Assembly: GCA_028534125.1 (NCBI GenBank)
Contig: CM052832.1
Span: 9,364,001-9,428,000, forward strand
Origin: Lama glama
Taxonomy: Eukaryota
Length of the DNA: 64,000 nt
Direction: 5' to 3'
Under the pieces are notes generated by a model. It saw only the letters and a list, made by a program, of their open reading frames with translations. It did no database searches and was not told the DNA's origin. The translations under genes were made by a program, and so were the position numbers. Below, one piece after another: positions 10,723 to 22,812 of this stretch; within the stretch, counting starts at the first letter, position 1; each line of letters starts with the position of its first letter.

Positions 10723-12499
10723 GATTAGGACCATCTTAACTGCACATTTTAGCCCTAAAATGTTATGACTCTGTTATCATACAATTTTGTCTCTTTCAGA
10801 TACAGTGCACAAAATGTTGTAAACTTCTTAAATATCAAAAAGTCTTTCCTTTTATGAAAAATTCCATGTAATTCTGATAAGGCCAATGATACAATGCCAA
10901 CGTCCTTTGTCCAGTTGCTCAGAATCATAAACATAGTAAAGCATCAAATAATTAACTTTTGACCCAGGAGTTGAAAGCATGGGGTTTCATTTCTCATTCC
11001 CTCCTTTGAGAAAAGGTACTGACTGGAGGCCTGAGGCCACCTCCATTCGTAAAGAAGACCCTGAAAAGTTCAGAGAAAAGGCATTACTGGAAATTTTTTT
11101 TTTCTAGAAGAATTGTGTATACTATAAGTTCCAAATCAGAAGGTCCAGTTTGGGGAGTCTTTATCGGATCTAAATTCTACATGGAGTAGGAGGTGTTTAA
11201 AGAGATTCGGTGATGTTTTATCTTCACCATTGAAGTTTTTGGTTTTGTCTCTTCATAAATGAGTCATTTTTTTTAAAAGGAACCTAATTTGGGGAGGTGG
11301 GGAAACCACTGCAGGAGGTGCTGTGTACTGAGGCTGACAGTCAGGGCACTGAGTTTCCAATTGGGCGGTTCACTGGGAGGCGTGGAACCAGGGACCCATC
11401 TGTGGAGGGTTGACAAGGACCAGTGGGACACAGTCTCATGAGGGGTAGGGAAGTAGAAATGATATTGATGTTGTTTATTAATTTACTAAGTATTTTCTGG
11501 TGCACACCCACCAAACAAACGGCCTAGTATAAAGGCTCAATCCACACGTGCTGGGAGATTGAGAACAAAGGGAAAGGAACTTCCTAGTTATCACTCCAGT
11601 TGAGGAAATGGGACACAAGTCATGGAGGTTAGGCATGTCTGTATTTCTCTGCCCTTACAAATAAGTGCACTGGAGTTACATAATCGCCTACCAGTGTGAA
11701 CAGTACAAATGAAATTGTTAGTACCAGGTGGGATTTCAGAGGGGACAACATGGCAGCCTGGGGACCCATTGTGGAACACCAGGGGGCCTGATGAAACATT
11801 TCCTGGGGTCAACAGATGGAGGTTGGGAGCCCTGTGGGACCCCCCCCCCCCACTTCCTCTTTCTGTGCTAAGTTTTCCCAGCTGAAAAATGATCCCACAC
11901 ACCTAAGTTACCCTGGCACCTGATAGCTGTTAGAGTGTCTGCTGCCCTGGCTTCCTGGGGAGGTTGGGGGTGGGGGACAGGGAGTGGGGAGGTGTTGACA
12001 GGCTCCACGTGGAAACCAGAAAACCAGAGCAGCTCCACGGGACTGGGCCACGTGCCTGGGGAGAGGAGCACAGGGCAGGTGCTCCCTGACACTGGGAGGA
12101 GTCTTGTGTGTTTGGAGCGTGGGCCAGGCCCGCTCTTATTCCGCACTGACCGCCTCCCCCCACTCCCCCAAAGTGTTCATTTTCATCTTCTCTGAGTGGT
12201 GTGCAGCCTCCTGCAGTTGTGCCTGCATGTTTTCTAAGTTTGTCACAAACTTCCTGTTTGAGTATAGTCTGAAGCTCGGAGGTTTGTGTGTGTTTTGAAA
12301 CCCTGGCAATCACAGAGGTCCCGTGCGTCTGTCTTCGGGGCTGTGGGGGGGCTTTTTTTTTTATCCTCCTTCCTTTTGCTGACGTTGGCCATCCTTCTTG
12401 GCAGACCTTCCCCCTGGGAAATGCTCTGTAGCTCCTGCACCTCTCTTTGAGAGGGTTGAGAACTGTGAGATCTGAAGGCTGGAATGAGGCAGGGGAGCC

Positions 12500-12680
12500 A
12501 CACTTATTGGGCCCCTTATGTAATGCCAGGCACTGGGCTAGATGCTTTCTGACATTTCCTGTTTTATGTAGGCCTTGTGTTTGCTCATGCAGACCAGGCT
12601 CAGAGAGGTGAAGTGACCAGCCTAAGTTTGGACAGCCACTGGGTGACCAGGTCAGGATTTGATCCCAGCCCTGACTCCAC
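12500..12680 (-). mobile_element. MIR SINE
   Basis: 'tgccaggcactgggctagatgcttt...aggctcagagaggtgaagtgac...ggatttgatcccag'. Confidence 0.8.
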
Positions 12681-13882
12681 CATGTCACGAAGACCACACT
12701 GTGCCTTTGGTTCCCCTGGTTTGGGGAGATCTTGATTTCTTAAGGGCATCTTGGCAGATAGCATCCCTGTCACCTCTACAGATTCCTCCCAGACCCTTGT
12801 TACTCAGGTGCTGCTCATTCTACCTGTGTGGGGTGTGACTGTCACTGTCACCTTTCTCCACTATCCTCCCTCTGTGGCCCCGGGAATCCCGGAATTGTTG
12901 AGTGGTCCTTGGCTGACCAGTTAAAAGTGGGCTAGGGCCAACTCTCAATGTCCCAGAAATGGAGTAGCCTTTTTCCTGCCTCTGGGCATACAGCACTGAC
13001 CATTCTGCTAGTCACCATGAACTCTACTCAGTGAGATTTGGATTTCTCACATTTCAAGCTCTTCCTTTGAAGAGGGAGAAAGACAGGATATCTGTGTGTA
13101 TAAAAGCAAGTGAAGGGTAGCTAAGGAGGGGTTCCAAGCCCTTGAGTACGTAGGAGCAGGAAGCTACATCTAGCCCTCCTCCTTCTCATTAGAGGGGCTG
13201 TCATAGGGTGTCAGATTCTGAGTGCTCCTGCAAAGGAAGAAGACATATGCTTCCAAAATTACGAGGAGGCCCTGTGCCTCTTCCCTGACCCATCCCAGTT
13301 CTCTCATATTTTCTGAAAAACTTCTAGAAGTATATCATCTGCGCTTCATCCAAATTGTTCTGTAGCTCAAGTAACGTTGACCATTGTAGACTCTTAAGCA
13401 GCAGGCAATTCCAAGCATTCAGCACATTCATCAGTTACCCTCAAGGGGTATGCAGTCTCCATGGAAACTTGGCAAGTGGAACACATGCCAAGAGAAGCTA
13501 CATGCAGGGAGCTCAGTAGAGCGAGGCTAGCTTGGGAAGCTGGGGTGAGGGCAGGTGTTCAGATGGGTGGGTGGAGCTGCTGCAGAAGGAATGTCCCAGC
13601 ATTTGCGACTTGAGGGGCATGGAAAGGGGAGGAGCATCCTGGATGGGGTGGAGCCAAGGGTGCAGGTGGGAAACAAGATTGAAGGAGATGTGCATCGTTT
13701 ATGAAGCATCCCAAGGGATGGCTACAGAGTATGGTGTTTACCTGCATGGGGAAACTACCAAAGTCAGTTGCAGAGGATGGAGATAGGTAAAAATAGTGCT
13801 ATAGGAAGGTTCATCTGGACACGTGCACTGTAACTGGGGAATGCTGGGAGGGGTGTTTGTTAGAAGACGTTTATCATGTTGT

Positions 13883-14027
13883 GGGGGGAGGGTGTACCTC
13901 AGTGGTAGAGTGCATGCTTAGCATGCACAAGGTCTTGGGTTCAATCCCCAGTACCTCCAGTAAAATAAAAATAAATACATACATACATAAAAAATGAATG
14001 AATAAAAATGAACTTAATAAAAAGAGG
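13883..14027 (+). mobile_element. Camelid tRNA-derived SINE (vic-1 type), full length
   Basis: A-box/B-box (cctcagtgg...ggttcaatccc), A-rich tail, 19-bp TSD gaaga(c/t)gtttat(ca/tg)tgttg at 13863-13881 and 14028-14046. Confidence 0.95.
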
Positions 14028-14122
14028 GAAGATGTTTATTGTGTTGAGTTTTAGGAATGAAATGTTGAGGCCTTGGACTAGGGTGGAGACATGAATATAG
14101 ACAAGAAGATAGAGAGCTGGAA

Positions 14123-14300
14123 GGTTTCAGACCCCAGCTCTGCCCCTTGCTACCTGTGGGACCTAGAGCAGGTTACTTCATCTCTTGAACCTCAGTTTCA
14201 TCATCTGTCACTACAAGCCCAAAGCCCTTCATGGGACTGGTGTGTGAGGGTTTTAACTTGGGTTGCACCCAGCACACAAATTGTCGTAGGTGCTCAACAA
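14123..14300 (+). mobile_element. MIR SINE
   Basis: 'cccagctctgcc...gttacttcatctcttgaacctcagtttcatcatctgt'. Confidence 0.85.
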
Positions 14301-15029
14301 AGCGTGAGTGCTCTGGTCGTGGAAGAGGCAGAGCTTGTGATTGGCTGGGAGGGTGGAGAGGGATGATTCAAAGGGGCTCAAAGGTTGACTCTGGGGACTT
14401 GGGAGAGTGATGCAGCCATGCAGATCATGCCTGTCTGGGATCACGGCCTCTGGGTTCAGCGAGGCTAGCTCTCTCATCAGGGTCGGCACTGGGCAAGTGA
14501 GGGAGGCACTCGGTGCAGAATTTAAGGCAATGCTGCAGGGTGTCCCCACTCCATCAAGCCCCCCTCCCTGTCTGTCCTTGGTCACTCAACAGACGACCCA
14601 TCTTCCCTGATTCACTGACAGGGTCCTGGCGCTCAGCTGAGAGCCCACTCAGGTTCCATCCTCCCCCTTGCACAGTTATTCCCATCTGGGCTCATCCCCA
14701 CTTGGTTTCTTTCCACTCAGAGAAGGACACACCCTTCTCCTCTCCCTGGCCAGAGAGAAACTTCTTCCTGTACCCAGGTGCCCCTGTCCCCTGCAGCTCC
14801 TGGGACCTCCCTTCCTGCAGTCATTTTGCTGTAGTCTTTCCTGAAACCTTCACCACTCTTTTGCGTTCCGTTTTCTCCTCCCCTCACAAGACGTCTGGAA
14901 AGAATCTGCCCTTGGGTTTTGCTCCTTGGGGGAAGCAGTCTATTTAGGCTGGCCACTGCCCACGGGAAGGATGCCTGTCCCAGGGGAGGGACCTGGTGAG
15001 TTTGTTGCACCCCCAGGGCTCCTGCTTCC

Positions 15030-15180
15030 CCAAGGAACTGCCCTCCCTCAGGTCACCTGTGACCACCCTATTACCACACCCAACGGACACTTCAGTCCTT
15101 ATCTTTCTGGACCCTTTGCTACTTTTGATGCTGTGGACAGCTTCCTCTTTCCTGCACCTCTCTCTTTTGTTGGCTTCTTT
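15030..15180 (+). mobile_element. L2 reverse-transcriptase remnant
   Basis: frameshifted translation QVTCD..NGHFS/VLIFLD/ATFDAVDSFLF..LSFVGF resembles the L2 RT motif KVTND...LILLDLSAAFDTVDH...LSSLGF. Confidence 0.75.
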
Positions 15181-16420
15181 CACTCAACAGATGAATCTCT
15201 CAGCCACTATCTCTTGAGCACCTATTATGTGCTGGGCCCTGGAGCATACCATAATACCATGTCTCTGCTTTCAGGGAGTTTCTAGTCTAGTGTGAGGGTA
15301 GAGGGATAAAAATATTTTAAAATGTCAGGTGAAGATAAGCATGTCAAAGAAAAATACAACAGGGAAGAGGGATGGAAAGGGTGCTCGGGTTGTCAGGAGG
15401 GTCTCATTGAGATGGTGACAATCTCAGAAACTGGAAGGAAGTAAAGGATGCCTGGGGGAAGAGTGTTCCAGGCAAAAGGAAGAGCAAGTGCAAAGGCCCT
15501 GAGGCAGGATGCTTGGGATGTTTGAGGAAGCCATTGTGGCTGGAAGAAACTGAAGAAGGGCAGAGTAGGAGGAGAAGAGGTTGAGAAGAGGTGGGCTAGG
15601 TCATAGGAGCCTTGTGAGACATGTCAAGGACTTTGCCTTTTACTTTGAGAGAGATCAGATACTATAGGAGTGTTTTGAGCAGAAGAGTGATTTTTTTTAG
15701 GCTGCTGTGGGGAGCATGGTCTGCTAGGGCTGCCATAACAAAGTACCAGAAACTAGGTGGCTTAAACAATAGAAATTCATTGTCTCACAGTTCTGGAGGC
15801 CAGAAATCTGAGACCAAGAGGTCAGCACGGCAATGCTCCCTCTAAAGGCACTAGGGAAGGATCTATTCTAGGCCTGTCTTGTCACTTCTGGTAGTGCCTT
15901 TGCTTGTAGTAGCATAACTCCAGTCTTCATGTGATGCTCTCCCTGTGTGGAGTCTGTGTCCAAATCCCCCCTTTTTATACTGACATCAGTCGTACTGGGT
16001 TAGAGACCCATCCTACTCCAGTGTGACTTCATCTTAACAGCTAAGTACATCAACAAGGACCCTGTTTCCAAATAAGGTCATATTCTGAGGTCCTGGAGAT
16101 TAGGACTTTGACATAGGTATTGTGGGGAGACACAATTCCACCCATGACACAATTCAACCCACATAATACATGGATTGTAGAAAGGCAAGGATGGAGGTAG
16201 GGGGACTAGTTAAGAGGTTATTGCAATATTCTAATGAGAGAAGCTTCTTGGACCAAAGTGGTAGCAGTGGAGGTGGTGAGAAGTGGTGAGAGTTTAGATA
16301 CGTTTTGAAGATAAAGCTGACATCATTTGCTGATGGATTGGATGTGGGGTGTGAGGGAAAAGAGAGGAGTCCCAGTGATCACTCAGTTTGGGGCCTGAGT
16401 AACTAGAAGAATGGAATTGA
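15181..16420 (-). mobile_element. L2a, interrupted by a MaLR LTR
   Basis: 'ttgagcacctattatgtgctggg', 'aagtgcaaaggccctgaggcagga'; resumes after 16170 with 'gatggattggatgtggggtgtgagggaaagagagga'. Confidence 0.85.
15712..16170 (-). mobile_element. MaLR solo LTR (MLT1B/C-like)
   Basis: 'gggctgccataacaaagtaccagaaactaggtggcttaaacaatagaaatt...ccaaataaggtcatattctgagg'. Confidence 0.9.
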
Positions 16421-17488
16421 ATGTTTTTCTCTCCTAAATCCTCTCCACCCTCAGGGGCCTTGGTGGGCCCTCCTCTTGGGCAGGTCCATCCACTGCTGGG
16501 TTCTTCAGGGCTCCCCCTCATTGGCTGCTTCTCTAGTGTCTCCCTGATGGATGTGATCTGTTCCCATGTTGAAGCCAGATATCCTGAATGTGCTTTCTGG
16601 GTCATCCCTACAGGCCCTGGCTCTGGAAGACGCTGAAGGAGGAAGACACGGAAGCCGGACAACCCTGAACGATTAAACCTCTTAACCCTGAAATAGGTAG
16701 CTTCTTCGAAATCCTGTGTGTTCGAATGCTTTATGATGAAGCTGTCATAAAATTGTTTCTTTGACCTTTGTGGTGTGGAAAATGCCCTGAGAAGGGGAGG
16801 ACGGCTGTTCTGAGACTGGACACCCATAGGTGTCTGGGAAACTTTCCTTGGGAAGTGGTCAGTGCTGGTGGATTCACATTGTGGAATTCAGCATCATTTG
16901 GGACAGAGAGCATCCTGTCTCATCTCTCTTGACGTTGCAGAGTTGCTGCAAGTAGTGAATGATCCAAAAGACACCCATGGGTGGTACCTTCTGGGCATGG
17001 GAATTAGACATCTCTGGAGAATTATAGTATAGAAGGCCACTCTGAAAAACTCCACAGAGCCTGTCAGAGGCTGATTCCTGGATCTAAGGGCCTTTGAGCT
17101 GGCCCTGGGGCATTTCTAGTGTTTTCGTCAGCTCTGGCCCTATGTGCTCTTTCCAGGCTCAGTTTATCCCTCTAGAAAATGGGCACATAGCTCTGATTCC
17201 TCTGCCAGGTCTGACACAGAATCTGTCTGGAGGGTTAGTAGGTTTGTATGTAAATAGATTTTTTTTTTTTAATTTTAAACCCTGATCTAGCAAGAGATGG
17301 CTGTTTTCCACAAATTCTCTGATGACACTTGACGAAGGAGGGTGGTAGTGTCTAATTTGGTTCTTTTCGTCTGCACAGGTTTTTTTTTTTCTTGGAAAGT
17401 TCCACACTTTTCATCTCTCTTATGTGAGACAGTTGATTGTTTCTGTTTCTTTTTTATTATGCCTGATTTTGATTTAATTTTAAGCCAT

Positions 17489-17944
17489 TGTGTCTTGGGG
17501 TTCCAGTAGGAAACAGATGGCTCACTCAAATGAAGTAGCCCAAGAGTCTCTACTGAGGGAACTGTTTCTAGTGGCACTGGCAGGGTTAAGATGTTGAAGC
17601 ATCAAAGGGCCAGCAATGTCAGGGAGCTGTTCCCATGCTGAGGCCTGAAAGGAAGAGGGAGGGATTGGTTATCGGAACTGGAAAGAGAAGCTGTGTGGAA
17701 AGGCTATCTCTGGTAGAAGCGGGCAGTCAACCTATAGCTATATGGTCAGAAAAGAGCTGAGGGAATAGATATCGTCATTGAACTCTATGTCAGTTTTCCC
17801 ATGTCCTGATGGTGCCTCAGGCAGAAGCCAGAGGACAGGGAGCATATTGATGCTGTCCATAGAAATCAGAACCTCTAGGACGCAGAACTGAGTGGAGACG
17901 GGTCAGGGGTGATGTAGAGGCACAAATGGAAAATATCTGACCCA
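17489..17944 (-). mobile_element. ERVL solo LTR (LTR33-like)
   Basis: 'aggaaacagatggctcactcaaa...agaagccagaggacagggagc...gcacaaatggaaaatatctgaccca'. Confidence 0.7.
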
Positions 17945-18329
17945 GCAAGAGATGCAGATCACTTGGAATGTATTACCAAGGCTGTTTCTGCTTTTGAACC
18001 AAAAGAGGGTTTTCTGTTTGTTTGAGTGAGTGAAACTTTGCATTATTGGGTCAGCTACATAGAACCATTGACTGAGGGTTGGAGGAGTAACAGAAACCCT
18101 CTAGTCAAAAGATCCAAGTAAGTCAAGCAACTTGCCCAAGACCACTCATTAATTCGTGAAAGTGTTTCTTGAAAGCCCATTACTTTTTCTCAAGGAAAAC
18201 AATACAAAATCACTTGAAACAGGGCAAAGCAAAACCTGAGCAATTGCTAGGAAAAAGCTGTGGGTGAGTGCTTATTTCCCATTTGTCAGTTTGGATTCCT
18301 TGGAGTCGTGAATACCATAAAACTGAACT

Positions 18330-18895
18330 CAAAGGGACTCCCACAGCACAGAGAATTAATTAATTGCCTTTTGCTTGCAAAGGGCAGGGATGAGGTGGAC
18401 CACAGGGTGCTTGTGAAACAGCAGCTCAGCTTGTCTTCAGCAGTCCAGTTTCTTCCATCTGTCCATTGCTCTTCTATCGCATCAGTTCATCCTTAGGCTG
18501 GCTTCTCTCCTGAAGGCAGAATGGCCACAGAAGCTCCCGGGTTTATTGTGCCACATCCTTCTGGCCAGAAGGAAGGAAGCATCCCTTTCAGTAACTCTTT
18601 AAAAAACTGAGAAAGTAATTTTCCCAGAAGTCCCGCCTCAGCAAACCGACCCTGGCATTTCATTGGCCTGAACTGAGTCATGTGCTCATTCCTTAACCAA
18701 TCATAACAGCCAGATGAACTCCCTTCGTTGATTGGCAGGGATGGGAGAATTTCCTGATTGGCCTGTCCCTGTCCGAGGGAGTGGGTCCTCTTTCCCGAAA
18801 ATATCAGGGTCCAGGAAAGGAGGGAAAAGGAGCTGTGAGTCCTAGTGAGGGAGGAGGAAATGGTCATGGGGAGAGTGACAGCTGACATCCACCAT
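18330..18895 (-). mobile_element. MaLR solo LTR (MLT1K-like)
   Basis: 'ttcccagaagtcc...tcattggcctgaactgagtcatgtgctcattccttaaccaatca'. Confidence 0.75.
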
Positions 18896-19219
18896 ACTGT
18901 ATCGTCTATAGAAACCTTACTAATTTGGACTAATTGTTGGGAGTAACAGTGAGAAGAAGCCCACTCTTGGCTAGTAAAAGTTGAAATTTTAAAATGTTTT
19001 AACACAGCATAGTTTTAGACAGAACCTTCCCAAACAGCTCCTGTTGGAAGGCTTGCAATTAGTGTCTGCTTTTCAGTATGTCTTAAAACATAAGACCTTC
19101 TCATAGGTTAACTTCTACAATGCTGTTTTATTTCTCATATGCTCATTCAGGCTTTTTATAGCCAGAGTAAACACTGAACTCAAATTCTGGGTTAGTGGAG
19201 ATTAAATTACAGTAATGAA

Positions 19220-19360
19220 GTTCCTCATTTATAACCTCATCTATTAAAATGGGAATAAGAGTAGCACCTACTTTATAGGTTTGTTGTAAGGTTTAACTGA
19301 GGTAATCCAAGTAAGGTGCCCAGTGACCCAGTGGCTGGCCCAATAAATGTTACCTTTATT
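19220..19360 (+). mobile_element. MIR SINE 3' half
   Basis: 'cctcatctattaaaatgggaataagagtagcacctactttataggtttgttgtaagg'. Confidence 0.8.
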
Positions 19361-21434
19361 AGCTTCATATAACTCAAAATATTGTCACATCTATGTTTAT
19401 GTGCATGTTTAGTCTAGCAAATTAACTTCACAACAGATATAAGTCACTGATGAGCTCAGAGACAAGGTAAAAAAAAGTATTAAAATGTTTATGGATTTTT
19501 CTTTAAACTGGAGTGAATTCATTTTGGGGAAAACCTACATAAAGAAAAATTTAAATAGCACACAGTTAAGTTAAAGATAGGTATAATCCCTGGATAATAA
19601 GGAATTTTAACTTTATGGTAACGTATTAATATGTTCTTAGTTGGAAAAAGTCTTGCAAATAGTTGAAGGCCTTTTATGACCTGTCCCAGGTGATTTTCTT
19701 GCCATTGTTCTCTCTGGAGACTCTGAAGGAACAAATGACCCTCCTCAGCTTCGGATTTCCAAACCAGCCACACAGTAGGGCTTTTCTGGGTATATGGATT
19801 TTAGCATCATCTGAATTGAGTGAGATGCTATAGTATGTAGAAACTGGTCTTGGGCATTTATTTCAGTGGAATTTTTGCTGACAAAATGAGGTGAATCATT
19901 CTCTAAAGCCTTGAGTGCCATAAGGCTGACCTCTTGGAATCCCAGGAGGGTGAAGTGTCTTGATTTGAGGTTCCCAGCTTTGTCATGGGAAGAGCACAGG
20001 TTGCCACAGCACCCTGAAGCTCTACCGCCTAATTTCAAAACTCAGAGGTGATAACTTTCAGAATGAGGGGTGGACAGGGTGCAGTGAGTGGCCTCTAGAT
20101 GGAGGAATAAGTTCCAGAGTCACCAGGCACTTATGGACCACAAATTGAATAAACCATGAATTTTTATCCCCTTGTCCCTGAATATTGACTAAAATTAGAC
20201 TTAAGATTTCTCTAGGTTGTTTGTTGCCCCCAAGACTATCTGGTCACCATTGTGTTACGTAGATGAGAACTAGTATTAACTGGACGACTGACCCTAAATT
20301 CCTTGGTTCAAAGGCTGCTGTAGACAAATGGTTCTCAAATGTAGCTCACCTGGACCAAGAAACTACAAAAAAACAAAATAAAAACAAAAAAAACTGGGGG
20401 ATTGGCTTGGGGCTACCTTTTTTTTTTTTTTGAAGCTTCTCATAGAACCTAGGAATTCTCTAAAGTCAAGTCTTTATTTAAGTAAAAGGGACAGAAGAAA
20501 TTCGCTTAATCGCAAGTATTGATAAACCCAGTTCATTTTATAAAAGAAGGAACTGTTGACTCTCAAGTCATTCACTTAGAATTGTTACTTTAATTTTCCA
20601 CTGGCAGGAAGAAAATCTTGCAGTAACTGAATGGTTCCAGTGAAAAGGCATGTCAACAGTTTTTCCTTTTCCACAGTTTAAGCCTAAACATGGTAAACTT
20701 GTTCAATTTAATTTGGCTTTCGGTTGTATGGGATGTCTCTGTGTGTGTATGTCAATGCACACACAGAGGAAACTTAGTTTGGTCTGCAAAGCCCCGGAAA
20801 GGAAAGGGTACTTTTGGGAAAAGCAGTATGTACATCAGTCAGCTGCTGGTAAGTGTTAGTACTTGTAGCAGCAGTTGCATCTTGGAGCTGCCAAAAGAGT
20901 ATGACTTTTTAAGATGCCTTTTGAAGTCATTAAAAAAAAAACAAACCCAGACATCCACCCAACCACCCCTGGCATCCAGAACAGCAATAAAATGTTTCTC
21001 ATTCTGCTTCGCTTCACATGCCTGCTTGGCTTTGCCACAAACATGTTTTGCCTTCCAGCCAGGGATTAAGCTTCTGTTTGAGGCCAGGACTGGTGTGAAA
21101 GCCCTTGTTTCTGCCCTTGTTGAGGGGAGAAAAAGACTGCTTGCTGTGTCTGTGTGATGTCTGAATGCAGTCAAGGAATCTTAGCACCAGAGAGAGTTTT
21201 GAGGTCTCTGCCTGCCTCATCCTAACAGTCATCACCTTGACTGACAGAAGGTAACCTAATCCTAACATTTCATTTCATCTCTAATGTTTCGTGGATCCTC
21301 TGTGAACACTAACATGAACTGAGATGTGTTTTTCTCAAGAAAAAGCAGACCATTCTCTGCACACCTACATCTACAGGTATTGCCCTGTTCACTACCTCAT
21401 TCTGGGGCAGACCGTCAGTGTTTGAGTCCTGTTT

Positions 21435-22242
21435 TTTTTTTTTTTTTAACATTTTTTATTGATTTATAATCATTTTACAATGTTGTGTCAAATTCCAGTG
21501 TTCAGCACAATTTTTCAGTCATTCATGGACATATACACACTCATTGTCACATTTTTTTCTCTGANNNNNNNNNNNNNNNNNNNNNNNNNNNNNNNNNNNN
21601 NNNNNNNNNNNNNNNNNNNNNNNNNNNNNNNNNNNNNNNNNNNNNNNNNNNNNNNNNNNNNNNNNNNNNNNNNNNNNNNNNNNNNNNNNNNNNNNNNNNN
21701 NNNNNNNNNNNNNNNNNNNNNNNNNNNNNNNNNNNNNNNNNNNNNNNNNNNNNNNNNNNNNNNNNNNNNNNNNNNNNNNNNNNNNNNNNNNNNNNNNNNN
21801 NNNNNNNNNNNNNNNNNNNNNNNNNNNNNNNNNNNNNNNNNNNNNNNNNNNNNNNNNNNNNNNNNNNNNNNNNNNNNNNNNNNNNNNNNNNNNNNNNNNN
21901 NNNNNNNNNNNNNNNNNNNNNNNNNNNNNNNNNNNNNNNNNNNNNNNNNNNNNNNNNNNNNNNNNNNNNNNNNNNNNNNNNNNNNNNNNNNNNNNNNNNN
22001 NNNNNNNNNNNNNNNNNNNNNNNNNNNNNNNNNNNNNNNNNNNNNNNNNNNNNNNNNNNNNNNNGTGAGGTGATACCTCATTGTAGTTTTGATTTGCATT
22101 TCTCTGATAATTAGTGATATTGAGCATTTTTTTCATGTGCTTTTTGATCATTTGTATGTCTTCCTTGGAGAATTGCTTGTTTAGGTCTTCTGCCCATTTT
22201 TGTATCGGGTTGTTTTTTTTTTTTTCTTACTGAGTTGTATGA
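21435..22242 (-). mobile_element. Young 5'-truncated L1 spanning an assembly gap
   Basis: poly-T tail; ORF2 C-terminal motif [11 protein letters not shown]; perfect 15-bp TSD gtttgagtcctgttt at 21420-21434 and 22243-22257. Confidence 0.95.
21565..22064. other. Assembly gap (500 N)
   Basis: direct reading. Confidence 1.
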
Positions 22243-22442
22243 GTTTGAGTCCTGTTTATAGGCTCACATATGCTCATACGGCACCGTCCTTGCATGTTCT
22301 CGTAGACACTCAGTCTTAATTTGTTCAGACTCCATACCGCTTGTTTCTCCTAAGGTGTATCTCATGGTCCATCTCATGGTCCAGCAGGCTGTGCCGTCTG
22401 AGCAGATTCAACTCAGTGTTCTTTGGGGCAGACGTCACCACA

Positions 22443-22812
22443 GTCCTCTTGGTCAGCTTGGGCTGCCATGACAGAATACCATAAACTGGGTGGCTTAAAC
22501 AATAGAAATGTATTTCTCACAGTTCTGGAGGCTGGGAAGTCCAAGATCAAGGTGCTGGTGATGTAGGTTTCATTCTGAGACCTCTCCTCTTGGCTTGTAG
22601 ACAGCCATCATCTTGTGTGCTCACATGACCTCGTCTTTGTGCCTTTGTGGGGAGAGGACACCCTGGTGTCTCTTCTTCTTACAAGGACACTAATCCCATC
22701 ATGAGGGCTCCACCCTTGGGACTCATTTTAACCTAATTGACTCCCAAAGGCCCCACCTTGTAATACCACCAGATTGGGGGCTAGGGCTTCAACATACATT
22801 CAGCCCCAAACA
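22443..22812 (-). mobile_element. MaLR solo LTR (MLT1A-like)
   Basis: 'gggtggcttaaacaatagaaatgtatttctcacagttctggaggctgggaagtccaagatcaaggtg'. Confidence 0.9.

Noticed and set aside
11930..12697. Longest ORF (255 aa, minus strand)
   Set aside because: Non-ATG start, first quarter is a MIR, no recognisable domain or splice structure; consistent with chance in GC-rich DNA
13883..13960. tRNA-like sequences (also at 44383 and 50711)
   Set aside because: They have A-rich tails and TSDs, so they are SINE heads, not tRNA genes
21459..22151. Four ORFs of about 200 aa
   Set aside because: Artefacts of translating through 500 Ns; the flanks are L1
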